Origin: a bacterium
GTDB lineage: Bacteria; SAR324; NAC60-12
DNA length: 64,000 nt
Reading direction: 5' to 3'
Assembly: GCA_965233585.1 (NCBI GenBank)
Contig: CBDDTI010000746.1
Location: 256,001-320,000, forward strand
Part shown: piece after piece, positions 9,182-19,707 of the stretch
How the letters are laid out: each line of letters starts with the position of its first letter
Numbering within the stretch: the first letter of the stretch is position 1
Made by a program: the position numbers and the translations under genes
The notes under the pieces: generated by a model
Databases searched by the model: none
What the model saw: the letters and a program-made list of their open reading frames with translations, nothing else
What the model was told of the DNA's origin: nothing

Positions 9182-10548
9182 TTTTCTTTTCCAAAAATTT
9201 CTGCAATCGCTTTCAGGTCTGGTCCGTGTTCTTCAAAAGTTAAGGCATAACGCAAGGGTAACCAAAACTCTTGACCTTTGATTTGAGTTGTTTTTTGGAC
9301 TTGTTTTGCAAGTTTTGAAAACGCCTCTCCAGAATAGGGGGCAAGCTCTGTCAGTTGTTCAATCAAGAGAGAAAGCATTTGTTTGGTTGTGGGTCTCTGC
9401 AGTAATTCTAACATTTTTGGTGCGTGTTGTGGAAAGTCATCTTCAAAGAAAGAAGCTAGCCTGTGCTGAATGTCTGACCCCGTTTTGAGACGACTTTGAA
9501 ACAACTGGCAAACCTTCATGACATCAGGTTCATTGGCGTATTGGGTTTGTTGAACAAAGGGCAAGATGTATGCTTCAAACTCTTCTTTGTCCAATCTTTG
9601 CAGATAGTGCTGATTCATCCAATCTAGTTTGTGCTTGTCAAAAACAGCCCCAGATTTACTGACCCGCTGCCAGCTAAATTCTTCAATCAATTCATCTATG
9701 CTAAAAAATTCTCTCTCATCTCCAGCAGACCAGCCTAACAAAGCTAAGAAGTTGATTAACGCTTGAGGCAAGTAACCTTGTGAGTAAAAGCCTTCAACTG
9801 ATGCAGAACCTGTGCGTTTGCTTAATTTAGAGCGGTCTTCATTGAGAATCAAAGGCAGGTGTACAAACTCTGGCATCTGCCATTGGAAATAACGGAACAG
9901 CAAGGCATGCTTAGGGTATGAAGGAAGCCATTCTTCACCACGCACGACGTGGGTGATGCCCATCAAGTGGTCATCAACAACCATTGCCAAGTGATAAGTT
10001 GGGAAGCCATCAGCTTTGATGAGGATTTGGTCTTCTAAATCTGCTGTGTTAAAGGTCAAGTTGCCACGAATGACATCTTGAAGTTGCAAAGTTTCTGGGA
10101 TTTGAGGCAATGCCAGACGAACAACAAAAGGCAAGTGTTGTTTTTTCGTAATTTCAGACCTTGACAGATGACGGCACGTGCCATCGTAGGCAGTGGGAAG
10201 CCCTTGTTCTTTTTGTCTCTGCCTTAAAGATTCAAGTCTCTTTGGTGAGCAAAAACAACGGTACGCATGACGCGACTCTAACAAAATTTGCACATGCTGC
10301 TGATAAATCGCTAATCGTTCTGATTGTCTGGTGACAGCATCATCAAAGCAAATCCCTGCACGATTTAACGCATTCAACAAATTTTGTTCAGCACCTTCTA
10401 CAAAACGGGTTCTGTCTGTATCTTCCAGACGAAAGAAGATTTTCCCTTGATGCTTTTTGGCATAAAGGTAGGAAAACAAAGCAGTTCGGAGACCTCCTAC
10501 ATGAAGCTCACCTGTGGGGCTAGGTGCAAATCGTAGTTGAACAGACAT
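9145..10548 (-). CDS. gltX: Glutamate--tRNA ligase
   Basis: RFAPSPTGELHVGG (HIGH-like) and KLSKR; start moved to MSVQLRF. Confidence 0.97.
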   Translation of the reverse strand: MSVQLRFAPSPTGELHVGGLRTALFSYLYAKKHQGKIFFRLEDTDRTRFVEGAEQNLLNALNRAGICFDDAVTRQSERLAIYQQHVQILLESRHAYRCFCSPKRLESLRQRQKEQGLPTAYDGTCRHLSRSEITKKQHLPFVVRLALPQIPETLQLQDVIRGNLTFNTADLEDQILIKADGFPTYHLAMVVDDHLMGITHVVRGEEWLPSYPKHALLFRYFQWQMPEFVHLPLILNEDRSKLSKRTGSASVEGFYSQGYLPQALINFLALLGWSAGDEREFFSIDELIEEFSWQRVSKSGAVFDKHKLDWMNQHYLQRLDKEEFEAYILPFVQQTQYANEPDVMKVCQLFQSRLKTGSDIQHRLASFFEDDFPQHAPKMLELLQRPTTKQMLSLLIEQLTELAPYSGEAFSKLAKQVQKTTQIKGQEFWLPLRYALTFEEHGPDLKAIAEIFGKEKCLSRLKKSLSV

Positions 10549-11117
10549 CAGTGAACAACAGGAGATGAAGCATTCAGCTGCTTGGCAACCCATGCTGGTT
10601 GTTGGCTCAGGTCAAACTCTTTTAAAGCATCTTTGGCAAGATGTTCAGGAAGTTTTTGAAGCACCTGATATGCGGCAAGACGAGAGTGAGCATGTTCACT
10701 TTTCAGCAGAAGAGAAGCAAGGTTTGCAAGACGTTGGGGATATTGTTCTTGAAAAGTAGAGGCAAATGCTTGGAAGGCTCTGCGCTGGTGAGAAAGGCTC
10801 GGGACAGATTGAGTGTAATTTTGTAAAAATGTTGCCACCTCCTCACTTGGAAACAACGTCAATGCCTTCAATGCCCTAAAATGATAATAGTTTAGCAAAG
10901 ACCGATCTTGGGCAATTTGCATCAAGACTTTTTCAGGATTTTGACCTAATTCAGAGACATCTGCCTCATCTAAAGACCATTCATACCCTGACAACCAGAA
11001 GTGAATTTGTTGATATTGCTCACTCTTTGCTTGTTCTTCTGCCAATGCAAAGTTGGCAATCATCAAACTTATCAAACTCATTAAACTTATTGTTAAAAAG
11101 AAACGTCTCAGCATCAT
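10548..11117 (-). CDS. Secreted helical (HEAT-like) hypothetical protein
   Basis: Signal peptide, helical repeat-like composition, in operon order. Confidence 0.6.
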   Translation of the reverse strand: MMLRRFFLTISLMSLISLMIANFALAEEQAKSEQYQQIHFWLSGYEWSLDEADVSELGQNPEKVLMQIAQDRSLLNYYHFRALKALTLFPSEEVATFLQNYTQSVPSLSHQRRAFQAFASTFQEQYPQRLANLASLLLKSEHAHSRLAAYQVLQKLPEHLAKDALKEFDLSQQPAWVAKQLNASSPVVH

Positions 11118-11137
11118 CTTATTCTTTGGAATGAAAA

Positions 11138-12262
11138 CTATCTTGCAATAGGGGAATATCTAAAAATGTGGATTTGCGAGGGAGAAAGCTGATTTTGGTC
11201 TGAAGTACTTTGCCAAAACATGATGTTCTTGACGCCTTGACTTTCATCACAAGTCCAGACTGATGCCTCATAAATAGGTTCATCACATTTTGGGGTATCA
11301 TCTAGGGGGTCAAACTTCCTTCCAGTTTTTTCTGTGGTATGAAACAAGCCAACTAAATGACCAATCTCATGAATGGTTGTGAGGGCAATGTTTTCATTTT
11401 TCAAGTCGTTTGTTCCCATCATGCTATGTTGTTCTAAGCTGACCATGACCATATTCAGGGGGTGTATTCCAAAGGTGCCGGGGATTCTGGCTGCAATTCC
11501 AAGGTTGAGGTCATCAAGGATTTCCTCAATGAAAAAAACATTAATGACGTTAGCGTCTCCAAACTCTGCCAGCCTTCTCACAGTGGGTGATTCAAAATCT
11601 GGCTTCACTGCCCTAAATTGAGAGTCTGTTACATGAAGAGTTGGAGACAAGGCGATTTGCAAACCATGAGAGTTCAAAACAGTAGCCAGTTCGGTCATTG
11701 CTCCTTCTATGTCATCAGAATCAAATCTTGTTCCTGTGAAGATGGGACGTATGGGCAAGATAGAGCGGACAGCCCCAGTGCGTAAGACCATTTTGACCGC
11801 TGTTGTGTTTTCAAAGTTGTAACTCCATGTCCCCTTTTCCATTGGCATACTTGGAATTAAAGGGTTGAGTAAGACAGTCGTACCTTGGGAAGCATGGATA
11901 AAACCGCCTTTTAACAAATCAGCAAAAACATGCCTGCCACTTGGGTCTTGCATACGAAAAACGATAGAACCTTCACTACTTTTGGAATAGGCAATAACAG
12001 CAAAAGAGACCGTGTTTTCGGGTAAAACAAACTCACCACGAATTGGCAGAGGATGGACATTGAATCCCACTTGGTCTGCAAATGAGGTGACTTCAACATC
12101 TTTCTCAGCCGCTTTGAGCGAACGACCTTCGTCAGGAGACCTTTTTTGACAACCCAGCAAAATCATCAACACCGTCGCACAAATCAATGTGAATGCTTTG
12201 TGAGTTTTTAAAGCGGTCATCACGTGTTCCAAAAAGTTTCCAAAGGTTTGAGAATTTAGCAT
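11138..12262 (-). CDS. Lipoprotein zinc metalloprotease (metzincin-like)
   Basis: Lipobox LLGC, HEIGHLVGLFHT motif, Met-turn-like NIMF; true start may be 12220. Confidence 0.8.
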   Translation of the reverse strand: MLNSQTFGNFLEHVMTALKTHKAFTLICATVLMILLGCQKRSPDEGRSLKAAEKDVEVTSFADQVGFNVHPLPIRGEFVLPENTVSFAVIAYSKSSEGSIVFRMQDPSGRHVFADLLKGGFIHASQGTTVLLNPLIPSMPMEKGTWSYNFENTTAVKMVLRTGAVRSILPIRPIFTGTRFDSDDIEGAMTELATVLNSHGLQIALSPTLHVTDSQFRAVKPDFESPTVRRLAEFGDANVINVFFIEEILDDLNLGIAARIPGTFGIHPLNMVMVSLEQHSMMGTNDLKNENIALTTIHEIGHLVGLFHTTEKTGRKFDPLDDTPKCDEPIYEASVWTCDESQGVKNIMFWQSTSDQNQLSPSQIHIFRYSPIAR

Positions 12263-13947
12263 AAGTCCAAGGCTTTTTGCAAGGCAGTTATCACAGGGGT
12301 TAGATCTTCTTCACAACCTACGGCAATTCTGACCAGATAGCGGGGCAACCCGATTTCCTGCAAAAAGTCATCAGTTTGATGATAGTAAGTGAGCAAAGTG
12401 TAAGGGCAAACTAGGGTTTCATTTGAGCCTAGAGTCGGGGCTTTGACCAGTTCTAAGGAGTCATAAAATTTTTTTAAAGTTTCCAGATGATTGGGGTCTA
12501 AAGTAAAGCTAATCATAGAGCCTCTACCTTGACAAAAATCATCAACTTGGTCTTGATAATACAGCTTCCCAACTTTAGGAGATTGGGACAGAAACTTTGC
12601 GACTTCTGATACATTTTTTTCAAAACGAACCATACGTTCTTTGAAATCTACAAGTTGAGATGACAAAACGTTGACCTCTAGCGGAGACATACCAAGAGCA
12701 TAGAGTTGTTGATAGTCTTTGAGACGTCTGGCTAGGACTAGGTCGTCTGCAAACAGGACACCCCCTGCGTGATCGTTACCTCCACTTAAATACTTGACAG
12801 TACTATGAATTGAAAAAGAAGCCCCCAGCTTGAGAGGTTGACAGTTGACAGGTGTGGCAAGTGTGTTGTCCACAATGAAAGGGACTTGGTGTGCTTGACA
12901 AATTTTTGCAATTTCAGGCAGGTTGATTTTTTGGTTCAGAGGATTGGTAATGGTTTCTGTAATCACTCCTGCAATCGTTTCGTCAAAAGAGTCTTCTAAA
13001 AGATGAAGCTCATCAGCTCCCAAAAAAAGATGCTGTGCTTTGTCCTCTAACAAATGAACATAAGTGTCTTTATACAGGACGCCAATGACAATGAACCGAT
13101 TTTTTTGTCCTGTCTTCAGAACTTCTTGAGCAGCAACGATGGCTTGCATTCCTGTACAAAATAAGATGCCATGATTAGCCCCTTCTAACTGACACAAGTT
13201 TCGTTGCAAGGCATCTTCGTCAGCATGAGGCATGGGGGCAGGGTCTTTTTTTGATAAAAAATCTGCATTGCGGGGAGAAAGGACACAACCAACCTCTGCA
13301 CGCCTTTTTGCTAAAACTTCCATTGGCAAATCTACTGAACTCAACACAGCACCACCTAAAACATTGGCTTGCTCATCTTTGAAGTCTGCGATGAAAAACT
13401 TGGCTTCTTGAGGAGGGAGTGATTCTAAATGGTCTGAAAGATAGGCAACCGATGCCCTTGCTTTTTGAGCTTGTTGCAAACAATCTTGTATTTTTAGATT
13501 GATTTGTTCAAAGGCAAAAACAACAGGTTGTTTTGCTTTAAAACTCATCTGAAATGACTGAAATACGGAAAACCTTCCCCCCAAAGCAGAGACAATTTGT
13601 GCTACCCATTCCCATTTTTTTAAATCATCAACCAATAAAAGAGGGGTCTGCTTAGAACACTTCACAAAGTAGTCAATCCATTCATAAAGTGCTGAATTGA
13701 CTGAGGCATAAAGCAACGCATGTCTGACTTCATAATGAGACTTTAAAGACTCTGTTATTCTGCGGGAAATTGGGGACTCTGTAATGCGATAATATCCATA
13801 AAATGGCTTCTGGTTGTCTTCTTGCCATTTTTTAATAAACTCTAAAGTGTCAGCTGTTCCTGTGATGGCATACTTCCCACCAACAGGCTGATTATTTGGG
13901 TGACCCAGTGCTTCTAAATCAATCAAAGGGAGGTCAGAAAGTTTCAT
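12256..13947 (-). CDS. PLP-dependent Cys/Met metabolism enzyme (cystathionine gamma-synthase-like) with long N-terminal extension
   Basis: ETITNP, VDNTLATP, HSTVKYLSG (PLP lysine), RIAVGCE; ATGA overlap with the upstream gene. Confidence 0.8.
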   Translation of the reverse strand: MKLSDLPLIDLEALGHPNNQPVGGKYAITGTADTLEFIKKWQEDNQKPFYGYYRITESPISRRITESLKSHYEVRHALLYASVNSALYEWIDYFVKCSKQTPLLLVDDLKKWEWVAQIVSALGGRFSVFQSFQMSFKAKQPVVFAFEQINLKIQDCLQQAQKARASVAYLSDHLESLPPQEAKFFIADFKDEQANVLGGAVLSSVDLPMEVLAKRRAEVGCVLSPRNADFLSKKDPAPMPHADEDALQRNLCQLEGANHGILFCTGMQAIVAAQEVLKTGQKNRFIVIGVLYKDTYVHLLEDKAQHLFLGADELHLLEDSFDETIAGVITETITNPLNQKINLPEIAKICQAHQVPFIVDNTLATPVNCQPLKLGASFSIHSTVKYLSGGNDHAGGVLFADDLVLARRLKDYQQLYALGMSPLEVNVLSSQLVDFKERMVRFEKNVSEVAKFLSQSPKVGKLYYQDQVDDFCQGRGSMISFTLDPNHLETLKKFYDSLELVKAPTLGSNETLVCPYTLLTYYHQTDDFLQEIGLPRYLVRIAVGCEEDLTPVITALQKALDLC

Positions 13948-14420
13948 TTTGCAGACCATTTTGCAATGTCAAACTCTTTAAGTTGAGCGTTGTACCCAGC
14001 AATAATCGCACCATCAGGCTTGGCTTGAGTAATTCCACACACCAGATAATCTACATTGGGGTAGCGGGGTTCTTCGTTCCAAAGAGCATCGTTCTTGTCT
14101 TGTTCTGAAAAATAAGCACCGACGTCAGGGTGCGAGTGAAAAATCAACTTGATGCAACGTTTTTGAGAGGCAAGCTGTTTTTCTGCTTTCACAAATTCCA
14201 GAGGCTCAATGAGATAGCCATCTAAGTTGGTGCGGGGAAAACGTTCAGGGTCTCGCTCATGGTAAAGTGTCATCACATTTTTCATTGGCAGAAGCTCTAA
14301 ATTTTGCGTTGAAGACTCTGCCTTCAAACCTGTAATCAATCCGCATGCTTCTTCAGGGTAGCACCTGATGCCTTCAGCAAAGCAGAGGTCTAAAATATTT
14401 TGGGGTAAATCAAAGTTCAT
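13944..14420 (-). CDS. JAB/M67 metallopeptidase (Mec-like)
   Basis: YPEEACG and FHSHPD...FSEQD JAMM motif. Confidence 0.88.
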   Translation of the reverse strand: MNFDLPQNILDLCFAEGIRCYPEEACGLITGLKAESSTQNLELLPMKNVMTLYHERDPERFPRTNLDGYLIEPLEFVKAEKQLASQKRCIKLIFHSHPDVGAYFSEQDKNDALWNEEPRYPNVDYLVCGITQAKPDGAIIAGYNAQLKEFDIAKWSAK

Positions 14421-15244
14421 GTTTTTTCATTGGTAATGTTCCTTTGGTTGCGATAGCGGACAGCTTGCAAATTACTTGGTTTGTTCAGTTGCAAACGGTC
14501 TAGTTCAAACAATTTTGCCTCCCTTAAAAAAGACGCATAGGCAGAAGTGATTGCCACAATCAAACCTGCTGTTCCATCTAAGAAGCCATGTTTCAGTAAA
14601 TACATTTCTAAGAACTTGATTGGGGGCTTCACCAGCATTCTGAACAAAGAGTAATTTTTGCCACGATTAAACTTTTCTAATGCAGAGATACTAGAGAAGG
14701 CATTACATGTCTTAGCATGGTCTGCAAGGTCTTGAAAGCTGTGATGAATTAAATCAGATTTGAGGGAAACACCTTGTCCTTGCAAAAAGATTTGGTCATG
14801 CGGATTTTCCCCTCCCCAAGAAGCATGTCCTTTGCGAAACAACCTGTAACGTGCATTTGGGTACCACCCCCCATGACGAATGTCCTTGCCTAAATGTTTA
14901 GTCAATCTTGGGAATTTTGCACCATGAACCAATGGGGTCTTTTGCAACCATTCTATCATCTCACATTGTAGCTCAGGGCTGACTCGTTCATCTGCATCAA
15001 TGCTTAAAATCCACTTTCCTTGAGCATAGTCAATCGCACGATTTTTTTGCTCAATATGACCATCAAACGCATGTTGAAAAAAACGAACCTTAGGAAATTG
15101 ACAACAGATGTCAGGCGTGGCATCTGTGCTATAAGAATCAATGACAACAATCTCATCAGCAAAATCCAATGACTTCAAACAATCAAAAATCATGTCTTCT
15201 TCATTGTAGCAAATCACGGTGGCAGACAGATTGACCGCAGTCAT
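14417..15244 (-). CDS. Glycosyltransferase family 2 (KdtX/WaaE-like, LPS)
   Basis: DSYSTD, WILSIDADER, GFLDG. Confidence 0.9.
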   Translation of the reverse strand: MTAVNLSATVICYNEEDMIFDCLKSLDFADEIVVIDSYSTDATPDICCQFPKVRFFQHAFDGHIEQKNRAIDYAQGKWILSIDADERVSPELQCEMIEWLQKTPLVHGAKFPRLTKHLGKDIRHGGWYPNARYRLFRKGHASWGGENPHDQIFLQGQGVSLKSDLIHHSFQDLADHAKTCNAFSSISALEKFNRGKNYSLFRMLVKPPIKFLEMYLLKHGFLDGTAGLIVAITSAYASFLREAKLFELDRLQLNKPSNLQAVRYRNQRNITNEKT

Positions 15245-15489
15245 TAGTTGACTTCTCTTTTTGCCTCAGAACTTTCAGAGTCTGTGAATTGTTGTTGCAA
15301 GAGTTGTAAAAGCTCCAGTGCTTTTTGGGGATTTAAGACAATTCTGCTTTGCAAAATCGCATTTTGATAGTTGCGATAAATGAAGTCCAACGTCATTTCA
15401 TTCTCATTGGAACTGACGACAAACATGTTGCTGTAACGACCTTTGGCAATATCTTGGTCAACGCTTAATTCTATGGATTCTTCTGACAT
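15244..15489 (-). CDS. DUF3467-like small protein
   Basis: GRYSN...E.TLDF...SRIVLNP pattern. Confidence 0.75.
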   Translation of the reverse strand: MSEESIELSVDQDIAKGRYSNMFVVSSNENEMTLDFIYRNYQNAILQSRIVLNPQKALELLQLLQQQFTDSESSEAKREVN

Positions 15490-15572
15490 ATTAGAGGATA
15501 GGGATAGGGTTATAAATTTTCAAAGTTTAGCATAATTGAATGGAAAGGCAAGAGCCACTTGAAAAAGAGCAG

Positions 15573-16214
15573 TCATTGCGCTGTTTCAAATGCTGATTTT
15601 AAAAAATCCTGAATTTTTTGGCAAAGTTGACCTTCCCTCAAAATAACAGGAGGGTCTTGCATCACACTCACAATCGTTGAGGGTTTCTCTCCAGCTGTTT
15701 GACCACTATCAATCAAAAAATCTGCTTGATGCTTTAAAGAAAGAGGAATGCTTTGGGGGCTGACATGAGGAGGCTCGTTGGCAAAGTTAGCACTTGTGCC
15801 AATCAAGGGCTGTCCTGCCAAATCTAACAAAGCAGACACCGTCTTGCAATCACTCTGTCTGACAGCAACAGAACCATCAGCAGCATGTAAAAAGGAAGGA
15901 ATCCATGGCGGGGCTGGAATCACAAGAGTCATTGCACCCGCCCAAAATTCCCGCGTTAAAGACTGACCTGTGGCAGAAAGCTGTGCTTGAACCTCGTCAG
16001 CCATACCTTGATTGATTAACAAGGGCAACGTTTTTGAAACATCTCTTTTTTTAATTTGAAAAATACGATGCACCGCTTGCTCATCAAAAGCACAGCAGCC
16101 AAGTGCATAAAAAGTTTCAGTGGCAAAAATCAACACCTTCCCAGCCTTCAAGGCATCAGACAAACGAATCTTGTCAGATTGGGAAAAAGGAAACCGAATG
16201 CTTGCAGTTGTCAT
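15573..16214 (-). CDS. tsaC: L-threonylcarbamoyladenylate synthase (YrdC/Sua5)
   Basis: TETFYALG, KKR, TSAN, PSTIV, ILREG. Confidence 0.92.
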   Translation of the reverse strand: MTTASIRFPFSQSDKIRLSDALKAGKVLIFATETFYALGCCAFDEQAVHRIFQIKKRDVSKTLPLLINQGMADEVQAQLSATGQSLTREFWAGAMTLVIPAPPWIPSFLHAADGSVAVRQSDCKTVSALLDLAGQPLIGTSANFANEPPHVSPQSIPLSLKHQADFLIDSGQTAGEKPSTIVSVMQDPPVILREGQLCQKIQDFLKSAFETAQ

Positions 16215-16217
16215 GGA

Positions 16218-17429
16218 TTACAACGCTTGGATCCAAGGAGAAATAAAAACAAATGAACCATTCTTGAGCTGTGCAATTCTCATGGAACGTACCCAATGCA
16301 ATGTCTTTGTTGCGTGAATCGGCGGGGCAATGGTGCTTGACTTGTGCTGGAAAGAATAAGCCTGTTTCAAAAAGGCTTGGCGATTCAAATCTCTGCCAAC
16401 CTGATGCAACAACGCAACCATAGACTCTGCAGCAACATGACCGTAAATTGTCCATTGATTCGGTTCGGTTTTGGGAAAATATGCCTGCAACAAGCGATGA
16501 TGCAACTGAATCCCTTTGTTTTCTAGGTGAGAGGCAAAGGGAAGATTGCCTAAAGTCAAAATCGTCTTAGCTGATGTGGTTTCAATAGGTTTGGGAAAGG
16601 TTGCATCATATCCAAGATAAATTTGAGAAGGTTTGTTTTTTTTGAGTTTGGAAATGATTTGATGAGAGACAGCAGGTGTTGAAAAAATGACTAAAATGTC
16701 TGCTTCAGCTTCCTCAATCTTGACAGATTCTGCATGAAATGTTTGCAAGAATTTTTCATGCGTCAACACTTGCACAGGAATTTGTCCCTTCTTAAGTTCT
16801 TTGACTAAAAGTCGGGTCAAAGTCTGGTGGTAATTGTCTTGACGAGACCAGATGAGAACGTTGCTTCTTGGAGATTGTGTAGCGAGGTATCGCCCCAGTA
16901 TTGCACTTTCTGTTTTGAGAGTTGGCATGAACGCAGAGGTCAACGGATATTTTAAAAACTCTGCTGTTCTTGAGACCAAAAACAAATTAGGGACTTCCAT
17001 CTGAGAAATCCACCCAGTCAATTCAGTGCCAACCCCTGACTCAACAGAGCCAAACATGGCAAACACTTGTTCATCTAAAACCAAACGAGAAACGACTTGC
17101 TTGGCAACTTCTGGCTGGAAACGGTCATCTTGGTACTGATAACGAATGAGACGCCCATGAACTCCCCCTTGTTCGTTGATATATTGAAAGTACGCATCTG
17201 CCCCTTTTGCCACATCTCCAACTGCTTGCAAGCCGCCACTCAAAGGAAGATGTCCACCTAGTAAAATCTCGCGCTGTCCAACCCCTTGTGCGAAAAGGGT
17301 TGTTACACTTAAAGGAACGATACAAATCCAAAGTAATCCTTTCAAAAACAACCTCAAAAATGCCTTGCCCAATTTCTGTAACACGCACAAATTGGCTTTG
17401 CAGAACAAACAAATCATCATCAACTTCAA
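16218..17429 (-). CDS. ABC substrate-binding protein, branched-chain amino acid type
   Basis: PLSG...INEQGGVHGRLI...DDRFQP; true start probably downstream of the ORF start. Confidence 0.8.
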   Translation of the reverse strand: MKLMMICLFCKANLCVLQKLGKAFLRLFLKGLLWICIVPLSVTTLFAQGVGQREILLGGHLPLSGGLQAVGDVAKGADAYFQYINEQGGVHGRLIRYQYQDDRFQPEVAKQVVSRLVLDEQVFAMFGSVESGVGTELTGWISQMEVPNLFLVSRTAEFLKYPLTSAFMPTLKTESAILGRYLATQSPRSNVLIWSRQDNYHQTLTRLLVKELKKGQIPVQVLTHEKFLQTFHAESVKIEEAEADILVIFSTPAVSHQIISKLKKNKPSQIYLGYDATFPKPIETTSAKTILTLGNLPFASHLENKGIQLHHRLLQAYFPKTEPNQWTIYGHVAAESMVALLHQVGRDLNRQAFLKQAYSFQHKSSTIAPPIHATKTLHWVRSMRIAQLKNGSFVFISPWIQAL

Positions 17430-17509
17430 AAAAATTTCAAAAATTCAAAGACGCACAACGTCAAATTTAACTGGTTTAGCTTTTGATAAAACCCCAAACG
17501 CTAGCTAAA

Positions 17510-18127
17510 TTACAGCTTGGTTTTACGGTTCACATATTTTAAAAAATAGCGAATCTTCAGAGTGACGGCTGTAATGACTTCTCCATCTGCTGTTTGAGTG
17601 ATGACAAAATGGTCTGGCTTGGTATAGTCAATCTCTACAAAAAAAGAATCGTCATCTTCAAGCGTCACTTGAACCTTAGCAAGGTTTGCAGGGACTCCAA
17701 CTGTAGGCACAGACGTCCTGCAACCTGCTGTGTGTTCAAGCACTTCTTCTCGCAAGCCATTGTCTGATAAAACAACCTGACTCTCGCTTGGGTGAGCGCA
17801 AAACAAATGAAGTTCATAGTCTATTGCTCCAATTTGAGTACGAACTTTTGCATCGCCAAATGTCGTAAAACGGAAGGTCTTGTCCCCAAGCCATTTCACC
17901 ATCATGCCATAATACCCTGGCGCTGCTTCTTGCGTATCAGGTGCTTGTTTTGCAATGGCATAGCTTGTTCCATTGTGAACAGCAGCACCTTCTACAAACT
18001 CCACACGATAACGTCCTTCCCTGACCTCAAAACCCGGCTTCTCTTCTTCAGACTTCTTGCTACAACCCAAAATGAGCATCATGCAAAAAAGACCCAAATG
18101 ATAGATAATGAATTGACTGCTTTTCAT
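17510..18127 (-). CDS. Hypothetical lipoprotein
   Basis: Lipobox ILGC followed by SKKSEE. Confidence 0.65.
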   Translation of the reverse strand: MKSSQFIIYHLGLFCMMLILGCSKKSEEEKPGFEVREGRYRVEFVEGAAVHNGTSYAIAKQAPDTQEAAPGYYGMMVKWLGDKTFRFTTFGDAKVRTQIGAIDYELHLFCAHPSESQVVLSDNGLREEVLEHTAGCRTSVPTVGVPANLAKVQVTLEDDDSFFVEIDYTKPDHFVITQTADGEVITAVTLKIRYFLKYVNRKTKL

Positions 18128-18164
18128 AATTTCTTGTATCGGCTCGTCTGGTGAAAACTAAACC

Positions 18165-19469
18165 ATGAAAAATAGAATCACCCACGATTTACACGTGCAT
18201 TTGTACGGCTGTTTAAGTGCATCTGACCTCTGGAAGTTAGCCAAATCCAAACAACACGATTTGGAGCGAGTGCATTTTTTTGAAAAGGAGTATCTTCAGC
18301 AATTTCAGCAGAATCCAAACCTACTGCAAGTGATTCAGCAAGATCACTTTGACGCCTTTCAAAAGATGTATCATCTTACAGCACCATGCACTTTTTTACA
18401 ATTTCAAGCAAAGTTTAATCTGATCATCGCCTTATGCCATTTGGATTCTCAACAAGAAGTTTCGCATTTAGTGCATCAAATCTGCCTTCAGCATCAGCAT
18501 TTAAAGCATGTAGAATATCGCATGCCGATTCCTTATCATTTGCCAAAAGACACCAGAAAAAAACTTTTGCTCACCATCTGCCAAGTCTTTCAAAAATTTC
18601 ATGGCATCTTCCAGCCTAAACTTTCTGTCAGCCTACCACGAGACCACACAGCCTTTGAACTCTATTTTGAAGTCAAGCAATTGATGAAACACTTCCCATC
18701 AGTCCAAAAGACTTTAGTCAGTGTAGATTTTTGCTTTGCAGAAGAAGGACACCCGCCAAAAGAAAGGCAAGCATTGTATGCAAAAATTTTAAAAGACAAC
18801 CTCCTTGAACCTTATCAAGCTCTGGCAATTTTAGACCATGTTGGCGAGGTGTTTAGCGATAAAAGCCTTGAAAGTGCCATCCGTTGGATTCACCAAAGTG
18901 CCATGTTTGGAACTCATCGTTTGGGGCATGCTTTGGCTCTTGGAATGAACCCCCAACAGTTGCTTGGCAAGCAATCTTGTGAAAGTGTTGCTGAACGGCT
19001 AGACCAAATTTGCTATGAGTTACAACAACTCCCTGACTGGAAGGATTGGGGAATTTCATGCGACAAAGAGGCTCTGCAAAAAGAGTATGACACCCTGCAA
19101 AAGAAACAGCCAAATGAAACAATTCTTTGGTATTATGACGAACCAAGGCTTGAAAGACTCCGCTTGATTCAAGATTTTGTGATGAACGAAATCAAAAAAC
19201 TAGGAAAATGTGTAGAGTCCTGCATCACTTCAAACCAAATGCTCAACCCTTATACTTTTGGTCAGCAACACCCTATTTTGCGATTTTTGAAGAATGAAGT
19301 CCCAGTCGTTTTGGGAAGTGACGACCCAGGACTTTTTCAAACTTCTCTGCAACAAGAAGAAAACAAACTTAAAAATCAATTCAAACTTTCAGAACAGGCA
19401 CTGGATTTGATAGAACACACAGCCCATCGGTTTCGGTCAGAAATCATTTCAAGTCAGCAGACAGGGTAA
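18165..19469 (+). CDS. Adenosine/AMP deaminase-family amidohydrolase
   Basis: DLHVHLYG, HVGE, RLGHAL, CITSN, GSDDPG. Confidence 0.8.
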   Translation: MKNRITHDLHVHLYGCLSASDLWKLAKSKQHDLERVHFFEKEYLQQFQQNPNLLQVIQQDHFDAFQKMYHLTAPCTFLQFQAKFNLIIALCHLDSQQEVSHLVHQICLQHQHLKHVEYRMPIPYHLPKDTRKKLLLTICQVFQKFHGIFQPKLSVSLPRDHTAFELYFEVKQLMKHFPSVQKTLVSVDFCFAEEGHPPKERQALYAKILKDNLLEPYQALAILDHVGEVFSDKSLESAIRWIHQSAMFGTHRLGHALALGMNPQQLLGKQSCESVAERLDQICYELQQLPDWKDWGISCDKEALQKEYDTLQKKQPNETILWYYDEPRLERLRLIQDFVMNEIKKLGKCVESCITSNQMLNPYTFGQQHPILRFLKNEVPVVLGSDDPGLFQTSLQQEENKLKNQFKLSEQALDLIEHTAHRFRSEIISSQQTG

Positions 19470-19528
19470 AAACACTTTTTTGAGATTATTCTAAAAAGAC
19501 CCTGTCAAATCCTTGTGAACTTGGCTCT

Positions 19529-19572
19529 TTTTATTTGGCAGGAGGAAAAAAAGAAAACAAAAAGGCTAACAC
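19529..19572 (-). pseudogene. Inverted remnant of the 3' end of a DUF1640-like gene
   Basis: 43/44 nt reverse-complement match to 20350-20393; reads VLAFLFSFFPPAK-stop. Confidence 0.8.
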
Positions 19573-19707
19573 CCCGTCCCTCTGTCATTGCTCACCTTGA
19601 CCCGCAATCTCTCTTTTGAGATTTCTCAATCTTCTCTCTTTTTTCTTTTTCCATTTTGGCTTTAAATTTGTTATGATTCTGGTTTTGACATTCTCACGAA
19701 TAGACTG

